64,000 nt of DNA from the IMG/VR virus record IMGVR_UViG_3300042922_000600, positions 11,239-75,238 of that record, one strand, 5' to 3'. Shown piece after piece: positions 1 to 9,833 of the stretch; within the stretch, counting starts at the first letter, position 1, and each line of letters begins with the position of its first letter. The notes under the pieces were generated by a model. The model saw nothing but the letters and a program-made list of their open reading frames with translations, was not told where the DNA came from and did no database searches. Position numbers and translations under genes: made by a program. The stretch comes from a virus.

Positions 1-49
1 TAATTGGAATATTCATGGTTAGGTTGGTTAACAAATAGGAGGTGATTAA

Positions 50-241
50 ATGGAAAAGTTTGTACCCGCTTGTTGCTACCAAGAATATGGCGTTGACCTA
101 GATGGTTGCAATACTCACAAGATTGAGGGGTGCCTTGGCTGTAAAAGTTTAATTGAGGGTAGGCAAGCCCCTTGCGGACTTCCCAACTGTGAATTTTGCA
201 ATGACTACCCTTGTATGACACACTTTGGACCACAAAACTAA
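50..241 (+). CDS. small Cys-rich hypothetical protein
   Basis: GGAGG RBS; several CxxC-type motifs. Confidence 0.6.
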   Translation: MEKFVPACCYQEYGVDLDGCNTHKIEGCLGCKSLIEGRQAPCGLPNCEFCNDYPCMTHFGPQN

Positions 242-256
242 ATCGGAGGTATTAAA

Positions 257-484
257 ATGGAGATTAAGGTAGATAGAGAGAGCATGGTACCTAAGTATTT
301 TGTATCATACCACAAGATTTATTATGTTTATTGCAAGGACAGAAAGGGGCTGGAAGACTTTTTGGAAAAATCCGGAATACAAGCTGGAAAGATTGAGAAG
401 AACGCCAAGTTCGACGTATGGTGTGTTGCAGTATACGACCCAAGGTATAAAGTGTACATTGAGAAGAATTTGGAGTGTGCATAG
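257..484 (+). CDS. hypothetical protein
   Basis: GGAGGT RBS, co-directional. Confidence 0.6.
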   Translation: MEIKVDRESMVPKYFVSYHKIYYVYCKDRKGLEDFLEKSGIQAGKIEKNAKFDVWCVAVYDPRYKVYIEKNLECA

Positions 485-496
485 GAGGCAATTCAT

Positions 497-682
497 ATGG
501 CGTATTACCACGCGAAGTTTTTCCTAGGTGCGGACTACACCAAGGAAGCAAGGATGTTTGACAGGGTTGGACTTCCCCTTATAAGTAAAGATAGGACACA
601 GGTACAAAACTATTTAGACAGTAGAAAGTTGGATGTCGTATTAAGGAGCATGTATGGAAGAAGAAATAAGAGAAAAGGCTAA
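497..682 (+). CDS. hypothetical protein
   Basis: AGGAGG RBS. Confidence 0.55.
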   Translation: MAYYHAKFFLGADYTKEARMFDRVGLPLISKDRTQVQNYLDSRKLDVVLRSMYGRRNKRKG

Positions 683-953
683 CCAAGTTGAGCGGTTGGC
701 ACTTGATAGAGGATATTGGTTACATAATAGAACGGGTGACTATAAAAAACTTAACTTCATAAGAAACGATGGCAATTTAGGTTTGATTGTCCACACAGAA
801 ACAGGAGATTTTGAGTTGTATCATAACATCAATAAAAGTATAGCAAGAATAAGTCTTCCCAAGTGCAGTCCATTCTCAAATGAGGGGCATTTCAAAAAGA
901 TGGAAAGCCAACTATGGAAATTCGTGTCCGTTATTCTGGACAGTCCACTTTAG
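654..953 (+). CDS. hypothetical protein
   Basis: AAGGAG RBS, overlaps upstream ORF. Confidence 0.6.
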   Translation: MEEEIREKANQVERLALDRGYWLHNRTGDYKKLNFIRNDGNLGLIVHTETGDFELYHNINKSIARISLPKCSPFSNEGHFKKMESQLWKFVSVILDSPL

Positions 954-1208
954 GTGCGTGCTATGACACACAGAGTAAAAACGTTACAGCCCTATTTTAA
1001 TGATGTTAAAGTTGGGCATAAGACATTTGAACTTAGGATGAATGACCGGGACTATCAAGTTGGTGATGTACTACTACTTGAGGAGTGGAGTAAGGAACAT
1101 AACTACACCGGGCGGGTAATACTTAAGATAGTCTCTTATGTGTTGAAGAATTGCCCGGAATTTGGATTGATGGACGGATACTGCATTTTAGGGTTGATAG
1201 ACTTTTAG
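954..1208 (+). CDS. ASCH/PUA-like (DUF3850) domain protein
   Basis: YFNDVKVGHKTFELRMNDRDYQVGD signature. Confidence 0.85.
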   Translation: MRAMTHRVKTLQPYFNDVKVGHKTFELRMNDRDYQVGDVLLLEEWSKEHNYTGRVILKIVSYVLKNCPEFGLMDGYCILGLIDF

Positions 1209-1216
1209 TGCAAAAA

Positions 1217-1251
1217 AAAAAGTGGGTGATTTAAAAAGTCATCCACTTTTT
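1217..1251 (+). terminator. intrinsic terminator (likely bidirectional)
   Basis: aaaagtgggtgat...gtcatccacttttt hairpin flanked by A and T tracts. Confidence 0.75.
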
Positions 1252-1254
1252 CAC

Positions 1255-1284
1255 TTTACAATCATAACTGAACCCGTGTATAAT
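1255..1284 (+). promoter_or_regulatory. promoter, TTTACA-N18-TATAAT class
   Basis: TTTACA 1255-1260, TATAAT 1279-1284. Confidence 0.7.
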
Positions 1285-1320
1285 GTAATAAAGCATTTAA
1301 TTTATAAGGAGGAACAATAG

Positions 1321-2268
1321 ATGGCGGCTAATGTAGAATCAATGTTTAGTGTTAGACAAGTTCCATGGCATGGACTCGGGCAGGTAATTAAGGATGCACC
1401 AACTTCCGAGGATGCAATGCATCTTGCCGGATTGGATTGGGAGGTCATACCAATGCCAGTATTTACTAATGTACCACAAGAGGGTGGGGGCATACAAACT
1501 ATTGCCAATACAGTATGCAATGTAAGAAGTGACAATGGACACCCACTGGGCATAGTTTCAGGACAGTATAAAATAGTACAGAATAAAGATGCATTTGCGT
1601 TTACCGATGAACTACTTGGTGGTGGGGTTACTTATGAAACCGCTGGTAGCTTGAATTTTGGAAGAAGAGTTTGGCTACTTGCTAAAATGCCTTCCACATA
1701 CATTCTAGAGGATGAGTTTGTGCCCTATTTAGTATTTACAAATGGACATGATGGAAAGGGTGCTGTTAAGGTTGCTGTAACGCCCATTAGAGTTGTATGC
1801 CAGAATACGCTTAACTTAGCCTTAGGGCAGGCTAAGAGAACTTGGTCGGTTAACCACATAGGTAGAATGGAATACAAGATGGAGGAGGCCAAAAAGACGT
1901 TGGAACTTACCGCAAGCTATATGGGCAACTTGGAGGCTTCCGCAAATAAACTCGTTAATAAGTCCATGGGTGGAAAGGAGTTAGTGGAGTTCATTGAGGC
2001 ATTAATACCAATGCCAGATGAAGCAGGAGCCCAGAAAGAGGACAATGTAATTGCACTTAGAAATGAGTTTTTCCTTAGATATGATGAGGCGCCAGACCTT
2101 AAGAAGTTTAAGGGCACTCAATGGGGTGTAATAAATGCAGTAAGTGATTTTGCAACACACACTAAGCCATTTAGATGGACACCAACATATAATGAAAAGA
2201 ACTTTGAAAGGACTATTGATGGGCACCCATTATTGGATGGTGCCTTGAAATTACTAAAAGTAGCATAA
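1321..2268 (+). CDS. DUF932 / phage-plasmid-like protein
   Basis: MAANVESMFSVRQVPWHGLG N-terminus, NGHDG and TPIRVVCQNTL motifs. Confidence 0.9.
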   Translation: MAANVESMFSVRQVPWHGLGQVIKDAPTSEDAMHLAGLDWEVIPMPVFTNVPQEGGGIQTIANTVCNVRSDNGHPLGIVSGQYKIVQNKDAFAFTDELLGGGVTYETAGSLNFGRRVWLLAKMPSTYILEDEFVPYLVFTNGHDGKGAVKVAVTPIRVVCQNTLNLALGQAKRTWSVNHIGRMEYKMEEAKKTLELTASYMGNLEASANKLVNKSMGGKELVEFIEALIPMPDEAGAQKEDNVIALRNEFFLRYDEAPDLKKFKGTQWGVINAVSDFATHTKPFRWTPTYNEKNFERTIDGHPLLDGALKLLKVA

Positions 2269-2273
2269 GGGAG

Positions 2274-2693
2274 ATGGCACAATTGGGAAATTGTAAGATG
2301 TGTGGCAGTTGTTGTAAGGCTATAATTCTGGGTAAGCATGGCTCCCCGGAATTTATAGCCAAAGAGGCGGACTCGGGCAATGAGGATGCTATATTTATTA
2401 AGGAAAACTGGGTACCTATAAGTGCTTTGGAGGCATTTAAACTACGCCCAGAGGCAGAATTTAACGCTGTATTTAAGGCGGTGGGCGAGACCTACTGGTG
2501 GAAGTGCAATAGTTTTGACCACGCAACACTTAAATGTAAGAATCATAATGCAAGGCCTAACGTATGCAAGGGATTTCCATACTATGATTCAACTGAGTTA
2601 GGCCCAAACTTTATACCATACTCCAATAACTGTGGTTATTTGGAGGATTGGAAGTATTTGGAGCAGTGGAAAAATAAATGTGAGGTGAAATAG
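2274..2693 (+). CDS. YkgJ-family cysteine cluster (Fe-S/Zn) protein
   Basis: CKMCGSCC and C..H..RPNVCKGFP motifs. Confidence 0.8.
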   Translation: MAQLGNCKMCGSCCKAIILGKHGSPEFIAKEADSGNEDAIFIKENWVPISALEAFKLRPEAEFNAVFKAVGETYWWKCNSFDHATLKCKNHNARPNVCKGFPYYDSTELGPNFIPYSNNCGYLEDWKYLEQWKNKCEVK

Positions 2694-2695
2694 TT

Positions 2696-3187
2696 ATGCC
2701 ATTGGAAATTGAAAGAAAGTTTTTAGTAGAAAAATTACCTAATTTACCAATTGAACCAGAGAGTGTTATACATATCACTCAAGCTTATATAAGTGAGAGC
2801 CCAGAAATAAGAGTTAGAAAAAACGAAAGTCTGTACCCCGAGCACATATTTACGACAAAGGTACCCTCTGGTGACTATAGAGATGAGAATGAAATTCCGA
2901 TAAACAAACAGATGTATGAAGTACTTGCAAACCAGAGTACCAATGTATTGTCAAAGAATAGGTTTAAGTACTGGTTGAATTTTAGCGAGAACCAATGTGC
3001 GGAAGTAGACTTGTATCTCGGAAGCTTGTATGGACTTATGACAGTGGAAGTACAGTTTGGTACAGAGGAAAAAGCGTCTGCATTTACTCCACCTGCTTGG
3101 TTCGGTGCTGAGGTTACACACGATGATAGGTATAAAAATGTTAACTTAAATAAAGGACTATGGAGAGAGGGTGAGCCAGTTGCGTAG
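2696..3187 (+). CDS. CYTH-domain (triphosphate tunnel) protein
   Basis: EIERKFLV start; PAWFGAEVTHDDRYKN end. Confidence 0.9.
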   Translation: MPLEIERKFLVEKLPNLPIEPESVIHITQAYISESPEIRVRKNESLYPEHIFTTKVPSGDYRDENEIPINKQMYEVLANQSTNVLSKNRFKYWLNFSENQCAEVDLYLGSLYGLMTVEVQFGTEEKASAFTPPAWFGAEVTHDDRYKNVNLNKGLWREGEPVA

Positions 3188-3623
3188 ATTTATTACACCT
3201 GTCATTGTTTGGAAAAAGTTTACCTATAAGTGTGAAGTATGTGGAGAGACTTTTACAATGCATATGCAGGTGGGCGTGGAGGGGCCAACCAAAGATAGCA
3301 TGCCCTCTCCGTTTAGTATGAACTGCCCTAATGGATGCAAGGCGTTCTGCCCTGTAGTGCATGTGGACTGGCACAATGATGTTATTATTGAGCAGAGAAA
3401 TGCAAAGAGTGGAGAATATGTATTCCTTTATGACCGTGAATCCAATCATGGAATGCCAGTTAAGATTTTGGATTCCAACATTTGGACTGCATCCACTCCG
3501 TTCCATGGGAACAATTCAGGTATCCTATATCTAGCAAAGCAGGAAATAGATGAGGAAAAGCTACGTGAGAGGTACAAAGATATGCCGCGTGGACTTATAG
3601 AACGTCTACGCAATTTGAAGTAA
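3171..3623 (+). CDS. Zn-ribbon hypothetical protein
   Basis: CEVC...CPNGC. Confidence 0.55.
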   Translation: MSQLRRFITPVIVWKKFTYKCEVCGETFTMHMQVGVEGPTKDSMPSPFSMNCPNGCKAFCPVVHVDWHNDVIIEQRNAKSGEYVFLYDRESNHGMPVKILDSNIWTASTPFHGNNSGILYLAKQEIDEEKLRERYKDMPRGLIERLRNLK

Positions 3624-3658
3624 GATTTTTATAGTCAATTAAATATAATTTATCAATT

Positions 3659-3701
3659 AGGCCCATGGGATATTGTATTCCATGGGCTTTTGTATTATAA
3701 T
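3659..3701 (+). promoter_or_regulatory. terminator hairpin overlapping a TTGTAT-N17-TATAAT promoter upstream of terL
   Basis: gcccatggga/tccatgggc stem followed by tttt; -35 lies in the hairpin. Confidence 0.6.
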
Positions 3702-3742
3702 AATGTTGCGTAGAAAAGAATTTAAAAACAGGGGGTGAATTA

Positions 3743-5362
3743 ATGTCACAAGCACTGGATACAATAAGTAATGACGACCTGCTTGATGTGGAGCGGGAAA
3801 AATGTAAAACGGACTTATACTACCTGTGCAGGTACGTTTTAGGCTATAAGGATATGAGGCCCAGGCCACACAAAGTAGTGGACAAATTTATCAATAGACC
3901 GGACAGAAAGCGATATTTGCACATAGAATTGGCACGTTCTACGTTCAAGAGCACAGAGGTTACCATAGGCTACTCCATACAAAGAATGATAAGAAACCCA
4001 GAAGTTCGTATCCTAATAGATAATGAAACTTACGGAAATGCTAAGTCATATCTAACTTCAATTCGTATGCAATTGAAAAACAACCGAAAACTGTTGGAGC
4101 TATTTCCTCATTTAAAGTTAAGAGATGATATCACAGGCGGGGACACTGACAGTTCCTTAATAATAGTGGGCAATCCTACTTTCTCTGACACACCATCTGG
4201 AGAGGATGCAACGCTAATGAATAAGGAGCCAAATGTTTCATGTGCCGGAGTAGACAGAACTAGAACGGGTCAGCACTATGATGTAATAATAATGGACGAC
4301 CTTGTTTCCGAGAGGAATGTTACTACACCGGAGCAACTTGAAAAAGTAAAGCAACACTTTAAATTGTCTTTCTCACTGCTTGACCCACCGGCATCACATA
4401 TCTACCGTGAGTTAATAGTTATAGGAACACGTTTCCATTATAACGACTTGTATAGCATGTTGTTAGGGGACGAGTATAAGGATTTATTCGACGCTATTAT
4501 TATGCCGGCAGTTATGGCGGATGGAACACTAAGTTTCCCAGAGCGATTAACACCAGAGTTCCTTGAGGAACAAAGAAGAATCCAAGGTAACTATATATTC
4601 AACTGCCAGTACATGCTAAATCCACTGGATGAGGCTAAGGCTGACTTTAAAAATGGATGGATTAGGCACTGGAGGGGCGACGTTTTTCATTTGGGTGAAT
4701 TGGGGAGTGGCATGACACACTACCTAATCATAAGGGAAATCTACATACCGGGCGAGGGCTGGAAGCTTTTGGATAAGCCACGAAGGGAAAAGGTTACAAT
4801 AATAATGACGTATGACCCTGCGTCAAAAAAGAAGAAGAAAAATGACCACAATGCCATATGGGTTACAGCAATAACACGCAACAATCATTGGTTTGTTTTA
4901 GACATAGTTTATGATAAGATGAACCCGAAGGAAAGAGTTGACATCATATTTGAATTGAGGAATAAATGGAAAATAGATGTTTATGCAATTGAGGAAGTTG
5001 GATTCCAAGAGACCATTAAATTCTACGCACAGGAAAAAATGGGTATAGAAAATGACTTTTTCACAATAAGGGCTTTAGCACCAAGGGCAAGGTCAAAAGA
5101 GGATAGAATACGTGGGCTTGTACCAAGATTCGAGAATGCATGTGTGTATCTACCACCAGCACTCATCAAAAAGAATTGGGAGAATAAAACAATTGATGTG
5201 GTAAAAGAGTTCTTGGACCAGTATATATTCTTTCCACTGGCTAAGACAGGAGACGACTTACTTGACTCACTGTGCTACCTATTAGACATAGTTAAGCCAG
5301 TTTCAAGAAAAGAGGGATTGCAAGGGAGAAGACAGACTGGGAAGTCTGCCATTGTGCCATAA
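3743..5362 (+). CDS. terL: terminase large subunit
   Basis: ARSTFKST Walker A variant, YDVIIMDD Walker B, GTRFH, FNCQYMLNP, YDPA and DDLLDSL nuclease motifs; upstream of portal. Confidence 0.92.
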   Translation: MSQALDTISNDDLLDVEREKCKTDLYYLCRYVLGYKDMRPRPHKVVDKFINRPDRKRYLHIELARSTFKSTEVTIGYSIQRMIRNPEVRILIDNETYGNAKSYLTSIRMQLKNNRKLLELFPHLKLRDDITGGDTDSSLIIVGNPTFSDTPSGEDATLMNKEPNVSCAGVDRTRTGQHYDVIIMDDLVSERNVTTPEQLEKVKQHFKLSFSLLDPPASHIYRELIVIGTRFHYNDLYSMLLGDEYKDLFDAIIMPAVMADGTLSFPERLTPEFLEEQRRIQGNYIFNCQYMLNPLDEAKADFKNGWIRHWRGDVFHLGELGSGMTHYLIIREIYIPGEGWKLLDKPRREKVTIIMTYDPASKKKKKNDHNAIWVTAITRNNHWFVLDIVYDKMNPKERVDIIFELRNKWKIDVYAIEEVGFQETIKFYAQEKMGIENDFFTIRALAPRARSKEDRIRGLVPRFENACVYLPPALIKKNWENKTIDVVKEFLDQYIFFPLAKTGDDLLDSLCYLLDIVKPVSRKEGLQGRRQTGKSAIVP

Positions 5363-5367
5363 TAATG

Positions 5368-5396
5368 AATACTACCCAAAAAATGGGTAGTATTTT
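5368..5396 (+). terminator. intrinsic terminator
   Basis: aatactaccca/tgggtagtatt stem followed by T run. Confidence 0.7.
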
Positions 5397-5440
5397 ACTA
5401 TTAAGGGGTGCAATAAAACCGCAAAATGTCAGAATTAAGG
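5388..5440 (+). repeat. dispersed ~53 bp element, copy 1 (TAGTA...AGAATTAAGG)
   Basis: TAGTA exactly 43 nt before AGAATTAAGG, as in copies at 14276 and 49756. Confidence 0.65.
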
Positions 5441-5487
5441 CACACTATTACGAGCCCTTACTGCGTTTTGTACGACGGAGGTAGTAT

Positions 5488-5787
5488 ATGAGCGGAACCA
5501 TATATATTAGCGGTAGTTTTATGATATTTAGAAGTGGTAAGGGTTTTGTAGTGTACAATAGAGCGAAGGATTTTAAAGGTGGTCATACACATCTAAACAA
5601 TTTTAATGCGGGAAAGAAGGCTATAAAGTTGGTGCAGAGAAAGATTATTCCTACCAGAAGTAGTAACTACTTTCTTGAGAGTTTAGCCAGACTGAGTAAC
5701 GACATTGAGTACTCTTCAAAGCTAAGGCAGATAATTATAAACAGGAATCCTAACTCCAAAACTGGAGCTACTGAGGAAAATAAATAG
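5488..5787 (+). CDS. basic hypothetical phage protein (GGHTHL motif)
   Basis: GGAGGT RBS; lies between terL and portal. Confidence 0.65.
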   Translation: MSGTIYISGSFMIFRSGKGFVVYNRAKDFKGGHTHLNNFNAGKKAIKLVQRKIIPTRSSNYFLESLARLSNDIEYSSKLRQIIINRNPNSKTGATEENK

Positions 5788-5822
5788 ATTAAAAAGTTTT
5801 GAATAAATTTTTCCAAAATATG

Positions 5823-5851
5823 TTGCATAATGGAAATTTTTATATTATAAT
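5823..5851 (+). promoter_or_regulatory. sigmaA-like promoter TTGCAT-N17-TATAAT for the head operon
   Basis: hexamers read directly from sequence. Confidence 0.7.
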
Positions 5852-5917
5852 ATGTTTGTAAGATATATAGTCAGAAGTTACATTAAATGACTTTAACAAA
5901 CCAAATGGGGTGAGATT

Positions 5918-7543
5918 TTGAGTGGCATACAAAATGCAACAAGAAGCTTGATAAAAGCGTCAGTAATAGAAAATAAGTTATTGCCTGCAAATGCTCAAGT
6001 ATCAGAGCCAGAAGATACATTTGACTACGGTGGAGGTGCATATACACCACCATATGATTTATATGCACTACTTAAATTCCCAGAGTACAGTAATATACTT
6101 GGGGAATGCATTGATGCGTATAAAAACAACATAACTGGATTTGGTTGGGAGATTGTGCCCGTAATAGATACAAATAGTACAAGCTATGACAAGAATCTGG
6201 AAGCGGTTGCTATACAGCAAAAAGAGGAAGCTGAATTACTTTTTCATTATGCCAACTATAAAGAAAGTTTTACGCAATTAACTAAAAAGATAGTTGACAA
6301 TAGAGAAAGGAACGGTAATGCGTACCTGGAAGTAATTGAGAACGTGAATGGTGTTCCATGTGGGTTTGAGTTTGTAAACAATAGTAGTAAGGTTAGAATC
6401 CTTAAGCCAATCGATGCTGTGGACATATCAATGGAAGTCAAATATGGTGAAGGGCGTAAAAAGACCAAGAACATGACAATACCAGTCAGATTTCACCGTT
6501 ATGCAATGAATGATGGGGGCAAGAGAATATTCTTCAAGGAGTATGGAGACCCACGTCCTATGAATAAGTATACGGGTGAGTATGGTAAAGACATTACTGA
6601 GGAACAGAAAGCAAGCTGTTTAATACATTTTAAGATAGAGTCAATTTATAATCACTATGGAGTACCTAGGTACATTGGAAAAGTTCCTAGTATTGTGGGC
6701 AGTAGAAAGTCCGAGGAGTTGAACATTTCCTTTTTTGACAATGGGAGAATTGTTCCAGCGGCTATATTGATAGAAAATGGTCAATTGACGCAGGAAGCAC
6801 ACGACGCCATTTCAGAACTGCATGGCAATGCAAAAGCATTTAGATTCCTATTGCTGGAAGCTGAATCTTTTCAGGAAGATGATTCAATTGTTGAGTCCGA
6901 AAATAAGAAACAGAGTAACGTTAAGATAGACGTAAAGCCATTGACAGAGCTCATACAGCAAGACGGATTATTCCAGGACTATGACAAGAACAATAGAAAT
7001 AAGATACGCTCCAGTTACAGGATACCACCAATCTACACAGGTGAATCCCAGGATTACAGTAAATCTACTGCACAGACAGCCAGAGCAGTTGCAGAGGCAC
7101 TTGTATTTGAGCCAGAGCGCCAAGAACTGTCCGAGCCATTTAATAGAATACTGAGAGACTTAGGGTACGACTTAGTTGAATTTAGATTCAAGTCCCCTAA
7201 ATTGACTGACAAGTACGAACTAAGTAAGGCACTTGCACCATACGTAACCAGTGGAGTTGCTACACCAAACACATTGGTTGAGGCTTTAAGTGACTTGTTG
7301 GGCAGGAAGATGAATGTAATCGAAGAGGAGTGGGGAGACTTACCATTATCCATGACAATTAAGAAAATGGAAATAGAGTCAATTGCGAACCGTATAGGTA
7401 GTGCAATTGTGGATGAGCCAGAGGAAGAGATAGAAGAGGGCGAAGTACAGAAGTCAAACAACTTTAGCAAGCAAGAGGTAACTACAATCCTAAAAGAAGT
7501 TCTTTGCGAGATAAAGAAGGTGGCGGAGTATGAAGAAGACTAA
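5918..7543 (+). CDS. portal protein (PBSX XkdE-like)
   Basis: PPYD, GNAYLEV, YGVPRY, FFDNG, RIPPIYTG...DYSKSTA motifs. Confidence 0.9.
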   Translation: MSGIQNATRSLIKASVIENKLLPANAQVSEPEDTFDYGGGAYTPPYDLYALLKFPEYSNILGECIDAYKNNITGFGWEIVPVIDTNSTSYDKNLEAVAIQQKEEAELLFHYANYKESFTQLTKKIVDNRERNGNAYLEVIENVNGVPCGFEFVNNSSKVRILKPIDAVDISMEVKYGEGRKKTKNMTIPVRFHRYAMNDGGKRIFFKEYGDPRPMNKYTGEYGKDITEEQKASCLIHFKIESIYNHYGVPRYIGKVPSIVGSRKSEELNISFFDNGRIVPAAILIENGQLTQEAHDAISELHGNAKAFRFLLLEAESFQEDDSIVESENKKQSNVKIDVKPLTELIQQDGLFQDYDKNNRNKIRSSYRIPPIYTGESQDYSKSTAQTARAVAEALVFEPERQELSEPFNRILRDLGYDLVEFRFKSPKLTDKYELSKALAPYVTSGVATPNTLVEALSDLLGRKMNVIEEEWGDLPLSMTIKKMEIESIANRIGSAIVDEPEEEIEEGEVQKSNNFSKQEVTTILKEVLCEIKKVAEYEED

Positions 7544-8405
7544 GCTACTAAAAATGGCATCCATTATAGAAACGGCGTTACTAAAAATGGAAACCACCGA
7601 GGAATGGATAAAGGGCATTGTAACCAACCCAGTATGGGCGGGCTTTGCTGTGAATGAGATAGATGCTTTTATTGACATCATAAACACTCAATTGGGTAAC
7701 CAAATGCAAGCGTACTCGGATAGGGTAAACAAGTATGTTCCTGTAGTTAAGGAGCTGGAAATAGAAGTCACAAGCTATGAGGGGTTTGTCAGGGAATACA
7801 TAACAAACGACTCCAACACATGGCAGGATGAACTACAGGGTCTATACTATAGTACAATGTTTCGACTTATGTCGGACACTGCGGAACTACTTATAAAAGA
7901 GATTGGGTTTGACATAGACCTAAACAAGTTTGATATACATATAAGTAATTTCTTGGAGACAAAGTCCATTAAGTGGGCACAGCAGGTAAATCAAACTACA
8001 GAAAAGGCAGTTAGGGAATTTTTAGTTAAGGGATATGAGGAAGGAAGGCATTTCACTGAAATAGCACAAGAAATTAAGGATTTGCCAGCATTCAGTATAA
8101 ACCGGGCCATAACAGTGGCGAGAACAGAAATACTTGGCGCCACAAACCATGTAGATTTTTACTACAATGTGAACACTGGAATATATTATGCTAAGAAGTG
8201 GAGAACTTCCTTGGACGAGAGTGTAAGAAAGACTCACCAATTAGCAGAGGGTCAAGTGGTATTAATAAATGAGGCATTTAACGTAGGTGGTTTTCAACTA
8301 ATGTATCCGGGTGACACAGAGCATGGTGCACCAGCGGAAGAAATAATAAACTGCCGATGTGGACTTGAGTACTTGACACAAGAGGAATATAATTCATTGG
8401 AGTAG
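7530..8405 (+). CDS. minor head protein (Mu gpF / SPP1 gp7-like)
   Basis: ARTE, K.W....D..VR.TH, PGD...PAEEIINCRC. Confidence 0.9.
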   Translation: MKKTKLLKMASIIETALLKMETTEEWIKGIVTNPVWAGFAVNEIDAFIDIINTQLGNQMQAYSDRVNKYVPVVKELEIEVTSYEGFVREYITNDSNTWQDELQGLYYSTMFRLMSDTAELLIKEIGFDIDLNKFDIHISNFLETKSIKWAQQVNQTTEKAVREFLVKGYEEGRHFTEIAQEIKDLPAFSINRAITVARTEILGATNHVDFYYNVNTGIYYAKKWRTSLDESVRKTHQLAEGQVVLINEAFNVGGFQLMYPGDTEHGAPAEEIINCRCGLEYLTQEEYNSLE

Positions 8406-8408
8406 GAG

Positions 8409-8825
8409 GTGAAACTAATGGGAAAATTTAACAATACGGTAACAAGACTTGTAAAGAATGACAGCAAGAGAATTATAAAGTGTCCAGTATATGTTCCACT
8501 GGAGGAAGATACACAGGGTGACTTTATGACATCCGAAGAAATAGAGAAAATGGCATATGGGTTTATGAAAAAGATGAACTTGCACAATGTGGATAAGCAA
8601 CATGACTTTGACCCGGACGAGGGCTATGTATGTGAAAGCTACTTAGCACAGAAGGATGACCCGGATGGATTTGTGGAAGGTAGTTGGATTGTTGCCATAA
8701 AGGTAGAAAAAGAGGAAACTTGGGAACAGGTTGAAAATGAAGAAATAACGGGACTTAGTCTTGCTGGTTTTGCTCGTTCAGTAGAAGAGCATGAAATAAT
8801 TCCAGATGTGGGAGGTGAGGATTAA
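8409..8825 (+). CDS. XkdF-like prohead serine protease core
   Basis: VYVP..DTQGDFMT.EEIEK, VDKQHDF, ESYLA, GSW, EITGLSLAG. Confidence 0.85.
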   Translation: MKLMGKFNNTVTRLVKNDSKRIIKCPVYVPLEEDTQGDFMTSEEIEKMAYGFMKKMNLHNVDKQHDFDPDEGYVCESYLAQKDDPDGFVEGSWIVAIKVEKEETWEQVENEEITGLSLAGFARSVEEHEIIPDVGGED

Positions 8826-9799
8826 TGCCAAGAGAACTTAAGGATGTTGAAGTTCAATATATTAGCCTTGTAAATAAGGGAGCTAATAAACAGAAGTTAA
8901 TGCTCTATAAGAGTGCTGACTACCAACCGGAGGATGCGAAGGTAGAGGAGCCAGTACAAAAGAGCAACGCAACACTATTGGAAAAGGTTATGAGTGCTGT
9001 TAAGGGAGTGCTTATTAAGGAAGATGATAAACCTTCCTTTAGAGTGTCCATGGAAAGGCAGAAGGCATGGGATAGCTTGTGGGACTCTTATAATGTAATG
9101 CGAGATGTAATGTATGACATACTTTGGTGGTCAAATTCAGATACACCCAAGGCTGACATAGAAAAAGAGTTGGATGAGTTCAAAAAGTACATTCTAGAAA
9201 CTTTAGGTACAGTGGGTATCGAGAAGAGTGCAGAACTTGCTAAGGCGGACAAAGAAAAGGCAATTAAAGTCCAGAAGACAGAAAGCCCCGTTAACGCTAA
9301 ACTTCTAAAAGAGCTTGAGCAGGGGATAAGTAAACTTAACAATGTATTTTCAGAAATTAAATCTGGAGATGTAATAAAGGAGGAGGACGAGATGAAAGCA
9401 GAAGATATTCAAAAAGCAATGGAACAAGTGTTAGCACCATTTGCACAGAGCATTGAATCACTAAAGTCAGATGTGTCTAAAGTGAGTGAAAAAGTAGGTG
9501 CATTGGAAAAAGGAACAGAGGATGCTGTACAGAAGGCAGAAGATGCTACTAAAACAGCGGGCGAGGTTACGGATAAAGTTGAAAAAACTGCAGAAGAAAT
9601 AATTAAATCTGCACTTGAGCCAATTTCAACTACACTGGGCGAAATTTCAGAGGCGGTTAAGGGCGTTTCAGGTAGAGTTGAAAAATTGGAAAGTGTTAGA
9701 AAGTCTTCAAGTGTTAGTGGAGATGAACCAGCAGGTGGAAAAGAAGTTACAAAGTCTGCAGGAGTGTTTGACAATGCATTTGGATTCAGAGGCAAATAA
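8825..9799 (+). CDS. scaffold protein with N-terminal protease-completing segment
   Basis: MPREL..V..ISLVNKGAN N-terminus; coiled-coil body; directly upstream of the major capsid gene. Confidence 0.7.
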   Translation: MPRELKDVEVQYISLVNKGANKQKLMLYKSADYQPEDAKVEEPVQKSNATLLEKVMSAVKGVLIKEDDKPSFRVSMERQKAWDSLWDSYNVMRDVMYDILWWSNSDTPKADIEKELDEFKKYILETLGTVGIEKSAELAKADKEKAIKVQKTESPVNAKLLKELEQGISKLNNVFSEIKSGDVIKEEDEMKAEDIQKAMEQVLAPFAQSIESLKSDVSKVSEKVGALEKGTEDAVQKAEDATKTAGEVTDKVEKTAEEIIKSALEPISTTLGEISEAVKGVSGRVEKLESVRKSSSVSGDEPAGGKEVTKSAGVFDNAFGFRGK

Positions 9800-9833
9800 A
9801 AAAAAATCATAGTATAGAATGGAGGATTTTATA

